In this document: positions 24,916 through 39,565 of the stretch, piece by piece
How positions within the stretch are numbered: position 1 is the first letter of the stretch
Layout of the letters: every line of letters begins with the position of its first letter
NCBI GenBank assembly: GCA_028826165.1
Contig: JAPDFW010000029.1
Span: 1-64,000 of the forward strand
From: Anaeramoeba ignava BMAN
Lineage: Eukaryota; Protista; Anaeramoebae
Reading direction: 5' to 3'
DNA length: 64,000 nucleotides
Notes under the pieces: generated by a model
Seen by the model: only the letters and a program-made list of their open reading frames with translations
Told to the model about the DNA's origin: nothing
Database searches by the model: none
Program-made: the position numbers and the translations under genes

Positions 24916-26104
24916 ATATTTATTTTCAATTTTTGTAAAAGTATTATCAATTATGGAAAAATTTATTAAAACAAAAGAATTGTTTTTATTTATTTATTTA
25001 TTTACAACAGAATGTAATTTAGATTTATTTTTCAATGAATTTATTTTATTAAATATCTTTTTTTCATTTATAAATCATTAAGAAAGAAATGAAATGAAAA
25101 TATTTTATTTTATTTTCCAACATTAAAATATTATAAATTAATGAATAAATAATCAAATTATTATTATTATTACTTTAATATATAATTAATAAATAAAAAT
25201 CAAAAGAAAAATGAAAAATAAAAAAATAAAATATATTCAAACATTTTTATTTTTATTTAAATAAATATAAATTTAATTATACAATTAAAATTAATATCAA
25301 TATTATATTAATAAATAATATAATAAATATAATATAAGAATAATAAATATATTAATAAAAATATATTTTATTAAATATTATTAAATATATTTTTTGGAAT
25401 AATTAATATTTATTTTGATTTCATTTCTTTTTGAAATTTCATTTTCATTTTCAATTTCAATTTTGATTTACAATTAAATTTATTTTTAATCAATTTTGAG
25501 TTTTGAATTTTAAATTTTAAATTAAATATTTACATCTATTTATTATACTTAATTTATTTATTCATTTTTATTTTAAATTAAATTAAATAAAAATATTAGA
25601 ATTAATTAATTAATTAATTATAAATGAAAATTTATTATTATTAATTATTAAAATAAATAAATTTGAAATGAAAAATAATAAATAAAAATGAATATTAATT
25701 ATATTATATAAATATAATAAATAAATATATAATTAATAAATATATAATAATAAATATCAATTCAAATATATGTAATATAAAATGTTTAAAAATAAAAATA
25801 AATTTTTAAAAGTATAAATCAAAATAAATAATATTTTTTTTATCAACTTTATTTCAATTTATATAAATATAAATCAAAAAAAAAAATAAAAAAATCAAAT
25901 TTTATTCTAATTTATATATTTTAAACATTTTTCAATAATAAATATTAAATCAAAAATATATATTCAAAATTAATATAATAATGGAATCAAATTTATTATC
26001 AATATTATATTAATAAATAATATAATAAATATAATATAAGAATAATAAATATATTAATAAAAATATATTTTATTAAATATTCTTTTTTTGGATTTGATTT
26101 TTAT

Positions 26105-26500
26105 TTTGAATTTAATTTGAATTTGATTTGAATTTGAATTTGATTTGAATTTGAATTTATTTTATTTTGAATTTAATTGAATTTGATTTGAATTTGAATT
26201 TAATTTAAATCTAATTTAATTTCATTTTCATTTTCAATTTCATTTTCAATTTGAATTTAATTTGAATTTGATTTGAATTTGAATTTTAATTTGATTTGAA
26301 TTTAATTTGAATTTAATTTGAATTTAATTTGAATTTGAATTTAATTTGAATTTGATTTGAATTTGAATTTGAATTTGAATTTGAATTTGAATTTGAATTT
26401 AATTTGAATTTAATTTGAATTTAATTTGAATTTAATTTAATTTGAATTTAATTTGATTTGAATTTGAATTTAATTTGAATATGAATTTAATTTGAATTCA
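26105..26500. repeat. (TTTGAA/TTTAA/TTTGA)n low-complexity block; other blocks ~21740-21810, ~38880-39372, ~43380-43640, ~46135-46235, ~52205-52545
   Basis: Mixed tandem 5-6-mers such as GAATTT and GAATTTAATTT. Confidence 0.9.
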
Positions 26501-26614
26501 TTTAAATTTTCAATTTAGATTACAATCAACTTTACATAATAAATAAACACAAAAAAAAATCAATCAATATTCATTTCTGATTTTTATTTTGATTTTTCTT
26601 ATTATTTTTATTTT

Positions 26615-27500
26615 GAATTCAATTTACAATTAAATTACAATTAATTCAATTTACAATTAAATTAAATTAATTCAATTTACAATTAAATTACAATTAATTC
26701 AATTTACAATTAAATTAAATAAATTCAATTTACAATTAAATTAAATAAATTCAATTTACAATTAAATTAAAATTAAATATAATTCAATTTAAATTAAATT
26801 TAAATTCAATTTTACAATTAAATTAAATAAATTCTAATTAAATTAAATAAATAATTAATTCAATTTACAATTAAATTAAATAAATTAATTCAATTTACAA
26901 TTAAATTAAATAAATTAAATTCAATTTACAATTAAATTAAATAAATAATAAATTTCAATTTACAATTAAATTAAATAAATTAATTCAATTTACAATTAAA
27001 TTAAATAAATTAAATTCAATTTACAATTAAATTAAAAATAAATTCAATTTTACAATTAAATAAATTAAATTAAATTATAAATTCAATTTACAATTAAATT
27101 AAATAAATTCAATTCAATTTTACAATTAAAAATAAATAATTCAATTTACAATTAAATTAAATAAATTAATTCAATTTACAATTAAATTAAATAAATAATT
27201 AATTCAATTTACAATTAAATTAAATAAATAATTAATTCAATTTACAATTAAATAAATTAATAAATAATTAATTCAATTTACAATTAAATTAAATAAATTA
27301 ATTCAATTTACAATTAAATTAAATAAATAATTAATTCAATTTACAATTAAATTAAATAAATTAATTCAATTTACAAAATTAAATTAAATAAATAAATAAT
27401 TCAATTTTCAATTAAATTAAATAAATAATTAATTCAATTTACAATTAAATTAAATAAATAAATAATTCAATTCAATTTACAATTAAATCAAATAATTCTA
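26615..27500. repeat. S25 array 2
   Basis: Same core as array 1. Confidence 0.95.
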
Positions 27501-30500
27501 CATTTTGTTTTCATTTTATTTATTTATTAATAAAACGGATTTATGTTTAAAAAGTTATTTTTCAATTTTATTTGATTTTTATTTGATTTTCATTTTTTAT
27601 TTTGATTTTCAATTATTTTGAATTAAAATAGAACAAAAAATAAATCTATTTTGAATTGAGCTATTTTATTATATTTTTTGTTTGATTTAATATAAAACAA
27701 GTATTTCACTTCAATTATATAACAAAATTGAAGTATGTTTTGAATTAATTTACAATATAATTACATTTAATTCACATTTATTTCAATTCAAATTTATATT
27801 CAATTTCATTTATAGTTAATTTATAAAGGAAATAAAAAGTAAATTAAAATGGGGATGGGTTGAAGGAGCATAAGGGGATTAATAATAATTTATTCATAAT
27901 TTATTCATAATTTAATTTATTTTTTATTTTTATTTTTAATTTATGTTTTTAATTTTGAAATTTATTTTTATATTTGATATATATATTTTTAGTATTTTGT
28001 AAATTAAAATATTTATAAATAAATATTTATTTTAATTTATTTTTAATTTAATTTAATTTAATTTTATTTTGTTTTTTATTAATTTAGAATTAATAATCAA
28101 TTTTTAAAATATAATATATATTTTATCTTCTTTTTTCTTCTTCTTCTATTTATTTATTTATTTATTTGCAATTTCATTTTTCAATTTAATTTAATTTAAT
28201 TTTCAATTTCAATTTCATTTTACAATTTAATTTCTATTTTCATTTTAATTTTCAATTTAATTTAATTTTAATTCAATTTAATTCATATTTTATATTTTAT
28301 AAATTAAATAAATAAAATATTTTTAATTGTAATTTATTTTATTTTCATTTTATTTTGTGTGTAAATAAATTTTGAAAAAAATCAAAAAAAATAAAATTAA
28401 TAAAATAAATAAAAATAAATTTTGAAAATAATAATTGAATTATTAATAAAATAAAAAATATTAGAATTAATTAATTAATTAATTATAAATCAAAATTTAT
28501 TATTATTAATTATTAAAAATAAATAAATTTGAAATGAAAAATAATAAATAAAAATGAATATTAATTATATTATATAAATATAATGAATGAATATATAATT
28601 AATAAATATATAATAATAAATATCAATCCAAAATATATATAGTGTAAAATGTTTAAAAATAAAAATAAATTTTTAAAAGTATAAATCAAAATAAATAATA
28701 TTTTTTTATCAACTTTAATTTCAATTTATATAAATATAAATCAAAAAAAAAATAAAAAAAATCAAAATTTTATTCTAATTTATATATTTTAAACATTTTT
28801 CAATAATAAATATTAAATCAAAATATATATTCAAAATTAATATAATAATGTAATCAAATTTATTATCAATATTATATTAATAAATAATATAATAAATATA
28901 ATATCAGAATAATAAATATATTAATAAAAATATATTTTATTAAATATTCTTTTTTTTGGATTTGATTTTTATTTTGTAATTCTTTTTATATTTTTTAGAA
29001 TAATTATTTATTTATTTTCATTTATTATTTTATTCAAAATTTCATTTTAATTTCATTTACAATTTAATTTATTTTAAATATAATTTAATTTCATTTTCAT
29101 TTTCATTTTCAATTTCATTTTCAATTTCAATTTAATTTAGATTTGAATTATAAAATAAATGAAATTAAATAAAATTAATAATTAATTAATATTAAATAAA
29201 TATTCTATTTATATTCATTATTATTATTAATAACTATTTATATATCTATTCATTTTATTTGATTTATTTGATTTATTTGATTTATTCTTTATTCATTAAT
29301 CTCATTTTAAATTAATTTATTGAAAATTTTGTAACAAAAATAAATAAATAAATAAATAAAAGATATTTTGAATTTAAATTAATCAAAAATATAATTAAAA
29401 GTTGTTTAATTTAATTTAATTTAATTTAATTTAATTTAATAAAAAGATAAAAAGTATTTTTTTTTGAAATGGAGAAAATAAAATTATAAATTAAAAAGGA
29501 GAAAAAAATAGAAAAGATAAAAAGTATTTTTTTAAAAAGATAAAAAGTATTTTTTTGAAATGGAGAAAATATATAAAAATAAAAGGAGAAAAAAAATAAA
29601 TATAAAATTGATAATTGTTTTAATTATTTTTATTTCTTTATTATTTTATTATTTTATTATTTTATTATTCTTTTATCAAAAATATAAATAATATTTATAA
29701 ATAATAATTTAATTTTCATTTCAAAAAAATAATTAATCTATAAAATATTAAATAATAATTAATATTAATATTAATTCAATTATTTTCAATTTTCAACTTA
29801 AAATTTAATTTAATTTATTTTCAATTTCAATTTCAATTTATATTTTGTAAACAATTTAATAAAATATTTTTAATTGTAATTTATTTTATTTTCATTTTAT
29901 TTTGTGTGTAAATGAATTTTGAAAAAAATCAAAAAAAATAAAATTAATAAAATAAATAAAAATAAATTTTGAAAATAATAATTGAATTATTAATAAAATA
30001 AAAATATTAGAATTAATTAATTAATTAATTATAAATGAAAATTTATTATTATTAATTATTAAAATAAATAAATTTGAAATGAAAAATAATAAATAAAAAT
30101 GAATATTAATTATATTATATAAATAAAATGAATGAATATATAATTAATAAATATATAATAATAAATATCAATTCAAAATATATATAATATAAAATGTTTA
30201 AAAAATAAAAATAAATTTTTAAAAGTATAAATCAAAATAAATAATATTTTTTTTATCAACTTTATTTCAATTTATATAAATATAAATCAAAAAAAAAATA
30301 AAAAAAAATCAAATTTTATTCTAATTTATATATTTTAAACATTTTTCAATAATAAATATTAAATCAAAATATATATTCAAAATTAATATAATAATGAAAT
30401 CAAATTTATTATCAATATTATATTAATAAATAATATAATAAATATAATATCAGAATAATAAATATATTAATAAAAATATATTTTATTAAATATTCTTTTT

Positions 30501-32010
30501 GGATTTAATTTTTATTTTGTAATTCTTTTATATTTTTAGAATAATTATTTATTTATTTTCATTTATTATTTTATTCAAAATTTCATTTTAATTTCATTTA
30601 CAATTTAATTTATTTTTAAATATAATTTAATTTCATTTTCATTTTCATTTTCATTTTCAATTTAATTTAGATTTGAATTATAAAATAAATGAAATTAAAA
30701 TAAAATTAATAATTAATTAATATTAAATAAATATTCTATTTATATTCATTATTATTATTATTATAATTTATTTATATATCTATTCATTTTATTTGATTTA
30801 TTTTATTTGATTTTTTATTATTTATTTATTTTTATTTTATTCATTCATCTCATTTTAAATTAATTTATTGAAAATTTTGCAACAAAAATAAATAAAATAA
30901 ATAAATAAATAAAAGATATTTTGAATTTAAATTAATCAAAAATATAATTAAAAATTGTTTAATTTAATTTAATTTAATTTAATTTAATTTAATTTAATTT
31001 AATTTAATTTAATTTAATTTAATAAAAAGATAAAAAGTATTTTTGAAATGGAGAAAATAAAATTATAAATTAAAAAGGAGAAAAAAGTAGAAAAGATAAA
31101 AAGTATTTTTTAAAAGATAAAAGTATTTTTGAAAAGATAAAAAGTATTTTTGAAATGGAGAAAATATAAAAAAATAAAAGGAGAAAAAAAATAAATATAA
31201 AATTGATAATTGTTTTAATTATTTTTATTAATTTTTTTTTATTTTATTATTTTATTATTTTATTATTCTTTTATCAAAAATATAAATAATATTTATAAAT
31301 AATAATTTAATTTTCATTTCAAAAATAATTAATCTATAAAAAAATTAAATAAATAATAATTAATATTAATATTAATTCAATTATATTCAATTTTCAACTT
31401 AAAATTTAATTTAATTTTTATTTTCATTTTCAATTTCAATTTATATTTTGTAAACAATTTAATAAATATTTTTAATTGTAATTTATTTTATTTTCATTTT
31501 TATTTTGTGTGTAAATAAATTTTGAAAAAATCAAAAAAAATAAAATTAATAAAATAAAATAAAAAATAAATTTTGAAAATAATAATTGAATTATTAATAA
31601 AATAAAAATATTAGAATTAATTAATTAATTAATTATAAATCAAAATTTATTATTATTAATTATTAAAATAAATAAATTTGAAATGAAAAATAATAAATAA
31701 AAATGAATATTAATTATATTATATAAATATAAAGAATGAATATATAATTAATAAATATATAATAATAAATATCAATTCAAAATATATATAGTGTAAAATG
31801 TTTAAAAATAAAAATAAATTTTTAAAAGTATAAATCAAAATAAATAATATTTTTTTTTATCAACTTTATTTCAATTTATATAAATATAAATCAAAAAAAA
31901 AATAAAAAAAATCAAATTTTATTCTAATTTATAAAAACAAAAAAAAATAAAAATAAAAGAAAAATATATATTAAAAAAATTAATAAAAAATGAAATTTAT
32001 TATCAATATT

Positions 32011-32355
32011 CCTCCCCGTTAACACCGACTTACAGCCGTTGTTACCAACCCTCAGGGTTGTCAAACCTCGATATTATTAAAAATGTCTTTTTGATGTTTT
32101 TTTTGAATTTTGAGATTTGTCAAACAAGTCTTTCATATGGATTTATTTATTTGTTTATTCGAAAGGAATCCTTTCTCATTAAATAAATCCTATTCGGATT
32201 TGTTTGACAAATTTTCAGTTTGTCAAAACACATACTGCTTTTTTCATTTTGGTTGATTTTTTTAATTTTCTTTGAATTTAATTTCATTTAATTTGTGTTT
32301 TAATTTGATATTTGAATTTAATTTATATCTTGAAAAATGGGTTGAAAATGGGGAA
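32011..32355. other. Element B copy 2 (right C-rich part missing)
   Basis: CCTCCCCGTTAACACCGACTTACAGCCG...; core 32111-32212 identical. Confidence 0.8.
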
Positions 32356-35300
32356 TATTTATTTTCAATTTTTGTAAAAGTATTATCAATTATGGAAAAA
32401 TTTATTAAAAACAAAAAGAATTGTTTTTATTTATTTATTTACAACAGAATGTAATTTAGATTTATTTTTCAATGAATTTATTTTAATTAAATATCTTTTT
32501 CAATTTTATAAATCATTAAGAAAAGAAATGAAAATATTTTATTTTATTTTCCAACATTAAAAATATTATAAATTAATGAATAAATAATCAAATTATTATT
32601 ATTATTATTCAATTAATATATAATTAATAAATATAAATCAAAAATAAAAATGAAAAATAAAATCAAAATATATATTACAAACATTTTTCAAAAATAAAAT
32701 CAATTAAATTATATTTCAAAATTAATATAATAATATAATCAAATTAATTATCAATATTATATTAATAAATAATATAATAAATATAATATAAGAATAATAA
32801 ATATATTAATAAAAATAATTTTATTAAATATTCTTATTAAATATTCTTTTGGAATAATTAATATTTATTGATTTCATTTCTTTTTGAAATTTCATTTTCA
32901 TTTTTCAATTTCAATTTTGATTTCAAATTTTATTTTTAATCAATTTTTGAATTTTGAATTTTAAATTTTAAATTAAATATTTGAAAAATCTAATTTATTA
33001 TATTTAATTTATTTATTCATTTAATTTTAAATTAAATAAAAATAAAAATTAATTAATTAATTAATTATAAATCAAAATTTAAATTATTATTAATTATTAA
33101 AATAAATAAATTTGAAATGAAAAATAATAAATAAAAATGAATATTAATTATATTATATAAATATAATAAATGAATATATAATTAATAAAAATATATAATA
33201 ATAAATATCAATTTAAAAATATATATAATGTAAAATGTTTAAAAATAAAAATAAATTTTTAAAAGTATAAATCAAAATAAATAATATTTTTTTTTATCAA
33301 CTTAATTTCAATTTATATAAATATAAATCAAAAATAAAAATCAAATTTTATTCTAATTTATATATTTTAAACATTTTTCAATAATAAATATTAAATCAAA
33401 AATATATATTCAAAATTAATATAATAATTAAATCAAATTTATTATCAATATTATATTAATAAATAATATAATAAATATAATATCAGAATAATAAATATAT
33501 TAATAAAAATATATTTTATTAAATATTCTTTTTGGATTTGATTTTTATTTTTGTAATTCTTTTTATATTTTTAGAATAATTATTTATTTATTTTCATTTA
33601 TTATTTTATTCAAAATTTCATTTTAATTTCATTTTACAATTTAATTTATTTAAATTTAATTTAATTTAATTTTCATTTTAAATTTTTTCATTTTAATTTG
33701 AATTTCAATTTATTTTCCAATTTATTTATAATTTATATTCAAAAATAAAAATCGAATATATAAAAATATAAAAAATTAAATTAAATTTAATTTTTCGAAT
33801 TTATTTTATAAATTAATTTAAATTAAAAATAAAAATTCAATTTATTTATATATATTGATTTAAACAAATTTTAATTAAATTTAAAAATTAATTAATTTTA
33901 ATTAAATTTTTTTAATTTATAATTTATAAATTCAAAAATAAAAAAATTTTAATTTATATAAAATAAATTTAAATTTATTTTTCAATTAATTTTAATTCAA
34001 TTTTTAAATTAAAAATCAATTTATTTTATAATATAAACAAATTTTAATTTTAAATTAAATAATTTTTAATTTAATTTTTAAAATTTTCAATTTATAATTT
34101 TATATTCAAATTTATTTTAAAAATCAATTTTTATATATATAAAATTATAAATTTATTTTAAATTATTTATTTAATTAATTTAAATTTAAAAATAAAAATA
34201 AATTTATTTTCAATTTATTTTTATATTAATTAAAAAACAAATTCACAATTAAAAAATTAATTAAATTTAATTTACAATTTAATTTCCAATTTATTTATAT
34301 TAATATTCAAAAATAAAATTCAATTTTACAATTAAATTTTAAATTAAATTTCAATTTTTAAAATTAAAAAATTACAATTATAAAATTTATATTTTAATTT
34401 TAAATTTATTTTCAATTTATATTTCAATTTAAATTAAAAATAAATTTTCTTTAATTTATTTTCAATTATATTTTCAATTAAATTAAAAATAAATTTCAAA
34501 ATTTACAATTAAAATTACATTTTAAATTTCAATTTAATTTCAATTTAATTTATCAATTTTAAATTCAAAAAAATTTCAATTTCTCTATATATAAAATATA
34601 TAAATTTATTTTTCAATTTAATTTGAATTTGATTTGAATTTAATTTCAATTTGAATTTAATTAATTTAAATTTTAATTCAATTTCAAATTAAATTTTACA
34701 ATTAAATAAATATTTTTAATTGTAATTTATTTTATTTTCATTTTATTTTGTGTAAATAAATTTTTTGAAAATTCAAAAAAAAAAATAAAAATTAATAAAA
34801 TAAATAAAAATAAATTTTGGAAAATAATAATTGAATTATTAATAAAATAAAAATATTAGAATTAATTATTAATTAAAATAAAAAAAAAAAAATTTAATTA
34901 TTAATTATTAAAATAAATAAATTTGAAATGAAAAATAATAAATAAAAATGAATATTGATTATATTATATAAATATAATTAATGAATATATAATTAATAAA
35001 TATATAATAATAAATATCAATTCAAAATATATATAGTGTAAAAATGTTTAAAAATAAAAATAAATTTTTAAAAGTATAAATCAAAATAAATAATATTTTT
35101 ATCAACTTTAATTTCAATTTATATAAATATAAATCAAAAAAAATAAAAAAATCAAATTTTATTCTAATTTATATATTTTAAACATTTTCAATAATAAATA
35201 TTAAATCAAAATATATATTCAAAATCAATATAATAATGGAATCAAATTTATTATCAATATTATATTAATAAATAATATAATAAATATAATATCAGAATAA

Positions 35301-35499
35301 TAAATATATTAATAAAAATATATTTTATTAAATATTCTTTTTGGATTTGATTTTTATTAAATAAATTAATTCAATTTTTAGAATTAATTTATTTATTTTA
35401 TTTCAATTAAATTCAAAATTTTTTAATTTCAATTTACAATTTAATTTAAATTAATTTAAATTTAATTTTCCATTTTCATTTTACAAAAATTTCAAATTT

Positions 35500-37285
35500 T
35501 CATTTTAATTTTTTTTTTGAATTTGAATTTACATTTAAATTTAAATAAATAATTAAAATTTAATTTTTAAAATTTTAAATTTACAATTAAAAAAATTAAA
35601 TTTGAATTTCAATTTACAATTAATTTAAAATTATTGTAAATTTTAATTCAATTTGAATTTAAATTTAAATTTGAATTTAAATTTATTTTAAATTTAATTT
35701 TAATTTAATTTAATTCAGAATTTAATTTTTTTTAATTAAATAAAATTAAATTTCAATTTCAATTTTAATTTAATTTAAAAATTTTCAATTTAAATTCAAT
35801 TTCAAATCAATTTCAATTTAATTTAAAATTAAATTAATTTAAAATTATTTTCAATTTAATTTTTTAAATTTTTTTAATTTTTAATTCAATTTTAAATTAA
35901 ATTTAAATAAAATAAAAAAAATTTCAATTTACAATTAAATTAAAAAAATTTAATTTTTTACAATTAAATAAATAAAAATTAATTCAATTTTAAATTAAAT
36001 AAATAAATTTAATTCAATTACAAATTAATAATTAAATAATTCAAATTCAATTTTAAATTAAATTAATAAATAATTCAATTTACAATTTAATTCAATTTTA
36101 CAATTAAATCAAAAATTAAATTAATTCAATTTACAATTAAATAAAAAAAAATTCAATTTACAATTAAATTAAATTAATTCAATTTACAATTTAAATTAAA
36201 TTCAATTTACAATTAAATTAAATAAAATAATTAATTCAATTTACAATTAAATAAATTAAATTAATTCAAATTTACAATTAAATTAATAAATAAATTCAAT
36301 TTACAATTAAATTAAATTAAATTCAATTTAAAAATTAAATTAAATTAATTCAATTTACAATTAAATTAAATAAAATTCAATTTACAATTAAATTAAATAA
36401 ATTCAATTTACAATTAAATTAAATAAATTCAAATTTACAATTAAATTAAATAAAATTCAATTTACAATTAAATTAAAAAAATAAATTCAATTCAAATTTA
36501 CAATTAATTAAATAAATAAATTCAATTTACAATTAAATTAAATAAATAAATTCAATTTACAATTAAAAAAAATTAAATAAATTAAATTCAATTTAATTAA
36601 ATTAAATTCAATTACAATTTAAAATTAAATCAAATAAAATTAAATTAATTAAATTCAATTTAAATTAAACAAATAAATTCAAATTAAATTTAATAATTAA
36701 ATTCAATTTACAATTAAATTAATAATTTCAATTCAAATTTATTAAATAAAATTCAATTTACAATTAAATTAAATAAATAAATTCAATTTACAATTAAATT
36801 AAATAAAAATTCAATTAAATTTAAATTAAATTTAAAAAAATTCAATTAAATCAATAAATTAAATTCAATTTACAATTAAATCAAAAATAAATTCAATTTC
36901 AATTAAATTAAATTAAATTACAATTAAATTAAATTAATTCAATTCAATTTAAATAATCAATTAAATTAATTCAATTTACAATTAAATAAAAATAAATTAA
37001 TTCAATTTTACAATTAAATTAAATAAATATAATTCAATTTACAATTAAATCAAATATAATTCAATTTACAATTAAATCAAATATAATTCAATTTACAATT
37101 AAATCAAAATTAAATTCAATTTACAATTAAATCAAATATAATTCAATTTACAATTAAATCAAATATAATTCAATTTACAATTAAATCAAATATAATTCAA
37201 TTTACAATTAAATTAAATATAATTCAATTTACAATTAAATCAATAAATAATTAATTCAATTTACAATTAAATCAAATTAAATTAC
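35500..37285. repeat. S25 array 3 (noisy on the left)
   Basis: Same core; clean units from ~36100. Confidence 0.85.
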
Positions 37286-39424
37286 ATTTTGTTTTCATTT
37301 TATTTATTTATTAATAAAACGAATTTATGTTCAAACACTTATTTTTCAATTTTATTTGATTTTTATTTGATTTTCATTGATTTATTTTGATTTTCAATTA
37401 TTTTGAATTAAAACAGAACAAAAAGTAAATCAATATTGAATTAAGTTATTTTATTATATTTTTTATTTGATTTAATATAAAACAATTATTTAACTTCAAT
37501 TATAAAACAAAATTGAAGTATGTTTTGAATTAATTTACAACATAATTCTATTTAATTTACATTTATTTCAATTCAAATTTATGTTTAATTTCAATTATAG
37601 TTAATTTATAAAGGAAATAAAAAGGAAATTAAAATGGGGTTGGGTTGAAGGGGCATAAGGGGATTAATAATAATTTATTCATAATTTATTCATAATTTAA
37701 TTTATTTTTTATTTTTATTTTTAATTTATGTTTTTAATTTTGAAATTTATTTTTATATTTGATATGTATATTTTTAGTATTTTGTAAATTAAAAATATTA
37801 AATAAATATATTTATTTTAATTTAATTTAATTTAATTTAATTTAATTTTGTTTTTATTAATTTAGAATTAATAATCAATTTTTAAAATATAATATATATT
37901 TTATCTTCTTTTCTTCTTCTATTTATTTATTTATTTATTTGCAATTTCATTTTCAATTTAATTTAATTTAATTTTAATTTTCATTTTACAATTTAATTTC
38001 TATTTTCATTTTAATTTTCAATTTAATTTAATTTTAATTCAATTTAATTCATATTTTATATTTTATAAATTAAATAAATAAAATATTTTTAATTGTAATT
38101 TATTTTATTTTCATTTTATTTTGTGTGTAAATGAATTTTGAAAAATCAAAAATAAAATTAATAAAATAAATAAAAATAAATTTTGAAAATAATAATTGAA
38201 TTATTAATAAAATAAAAAATATTAGAATTAATTAATTAATTAATTATAAATCAAAATTTATTATTATTAATTATTAAAATAAATAAATTTGAAATGAAAA
38301 ATAATAAATAAAAATGAATATTAATTATATTATATAAATATAAAGAATGAATATATAATTAATAAATATATAATAATAAATATCAAATCCAAAATATATA
38401 TAATGTAAAATGTTTAAAAATAAAAATAAATTTTTAAAAGTATAAATCAAAATAAATAATATTTTTTTATCAACTTTATTTCAATTTATATAAATATAAA
38501 TCAAAAATAAAAAAAATCAAATTTTATTCTAATTTATATATTTTAAACATTTTTCAATAATAAATATTAAATCAAAATATATATTCAAAAATTAATATAA
38601 TAATGGAATCAAATTTATTATCAATATTATATTAATAAATAACAATAAATATAATATCAGAATAATAAATATATTAATAAAAATATATTTTATTAAATAT
38701 TCTTTTTGGATTTGATTTTTATTTTGTAATTCTTTTATATTTTTTAGAATAATTATTTATTTATTTTCATTTATTATTTTATTCAAAATTTCATTTTAAT
38801 TTCATTTACAATTTAATTTATTTTTAAATATAATTTAATTTCATTTTCAATTTCAATTTCATTTTCATTTTCATTTAGATTTAATTTTAATTTGAATTTG
38901 AATTTAATTTAATTTAAAAAATTTGATTTTTAATTTGAATTTAATTTGAATTTGAATTTAATTTTAATTAATTTGAATTTGAATTTGAATTTGATTTGAA
39001 TTTCAATTTAATTTGATTTGATTTTGATTTGAATTTAATTTGAATTTGAATTTGAATTTGAATTTAATTTTGAATTTGAATTTAATTTAATTTTTATTTA
39101 ATTAATTTAATTTGAATTTAAATTTAATTTGATTTTTAATTTATATTGATTTAATTTTGAATTTAATTTGAATTTAATTTGAATTTAATTTTAATTTTGA
39201 ATTTAATTTTTAATTTAAATTAAAATTAAAATTCAATTTGAATTTGTTATTTTTCAATTTCATTTTCAATTTGATTTGAATTTAAAAATCATTTTAATTA
39301 TTTTTCAATTTGAATTTTTTAATTTTTAATTTTAAATTTATTTAAATTTGAATTTAATTTGATTTTGAATTTAAAACAAATATTTATTTCTTTTTTTGTT
39401 TTATTTTTCTTTTTCTTTTTCATT

Positions 39425-39565
39425 TTTCAATTACATTTTCAATTACATTTTCAATTACATTTTCAATTACATTTTCAATTACATTTTCAATTACATTTTC
39501 AATTACATTTTCATTTTCAATTTCATTTCATTTCATTTTCAATTACATTTTCAATTACATTTTCA
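39425..39565. repeat. 12-bp minisatellite (CAATTACATTTT)n; second copy 43690-43840
   Basis: Tandem perfect units; explains the FQLH/FNYI/FSIT ORFs. Confidence 0.95.

Noticed and set aside
33700-36100. Apparent ancient divergence or hybrid satellites
   Set aside because: Looks like blended consensus of S170, S25 and TTTGAA reads; more likely a polishing artefact.
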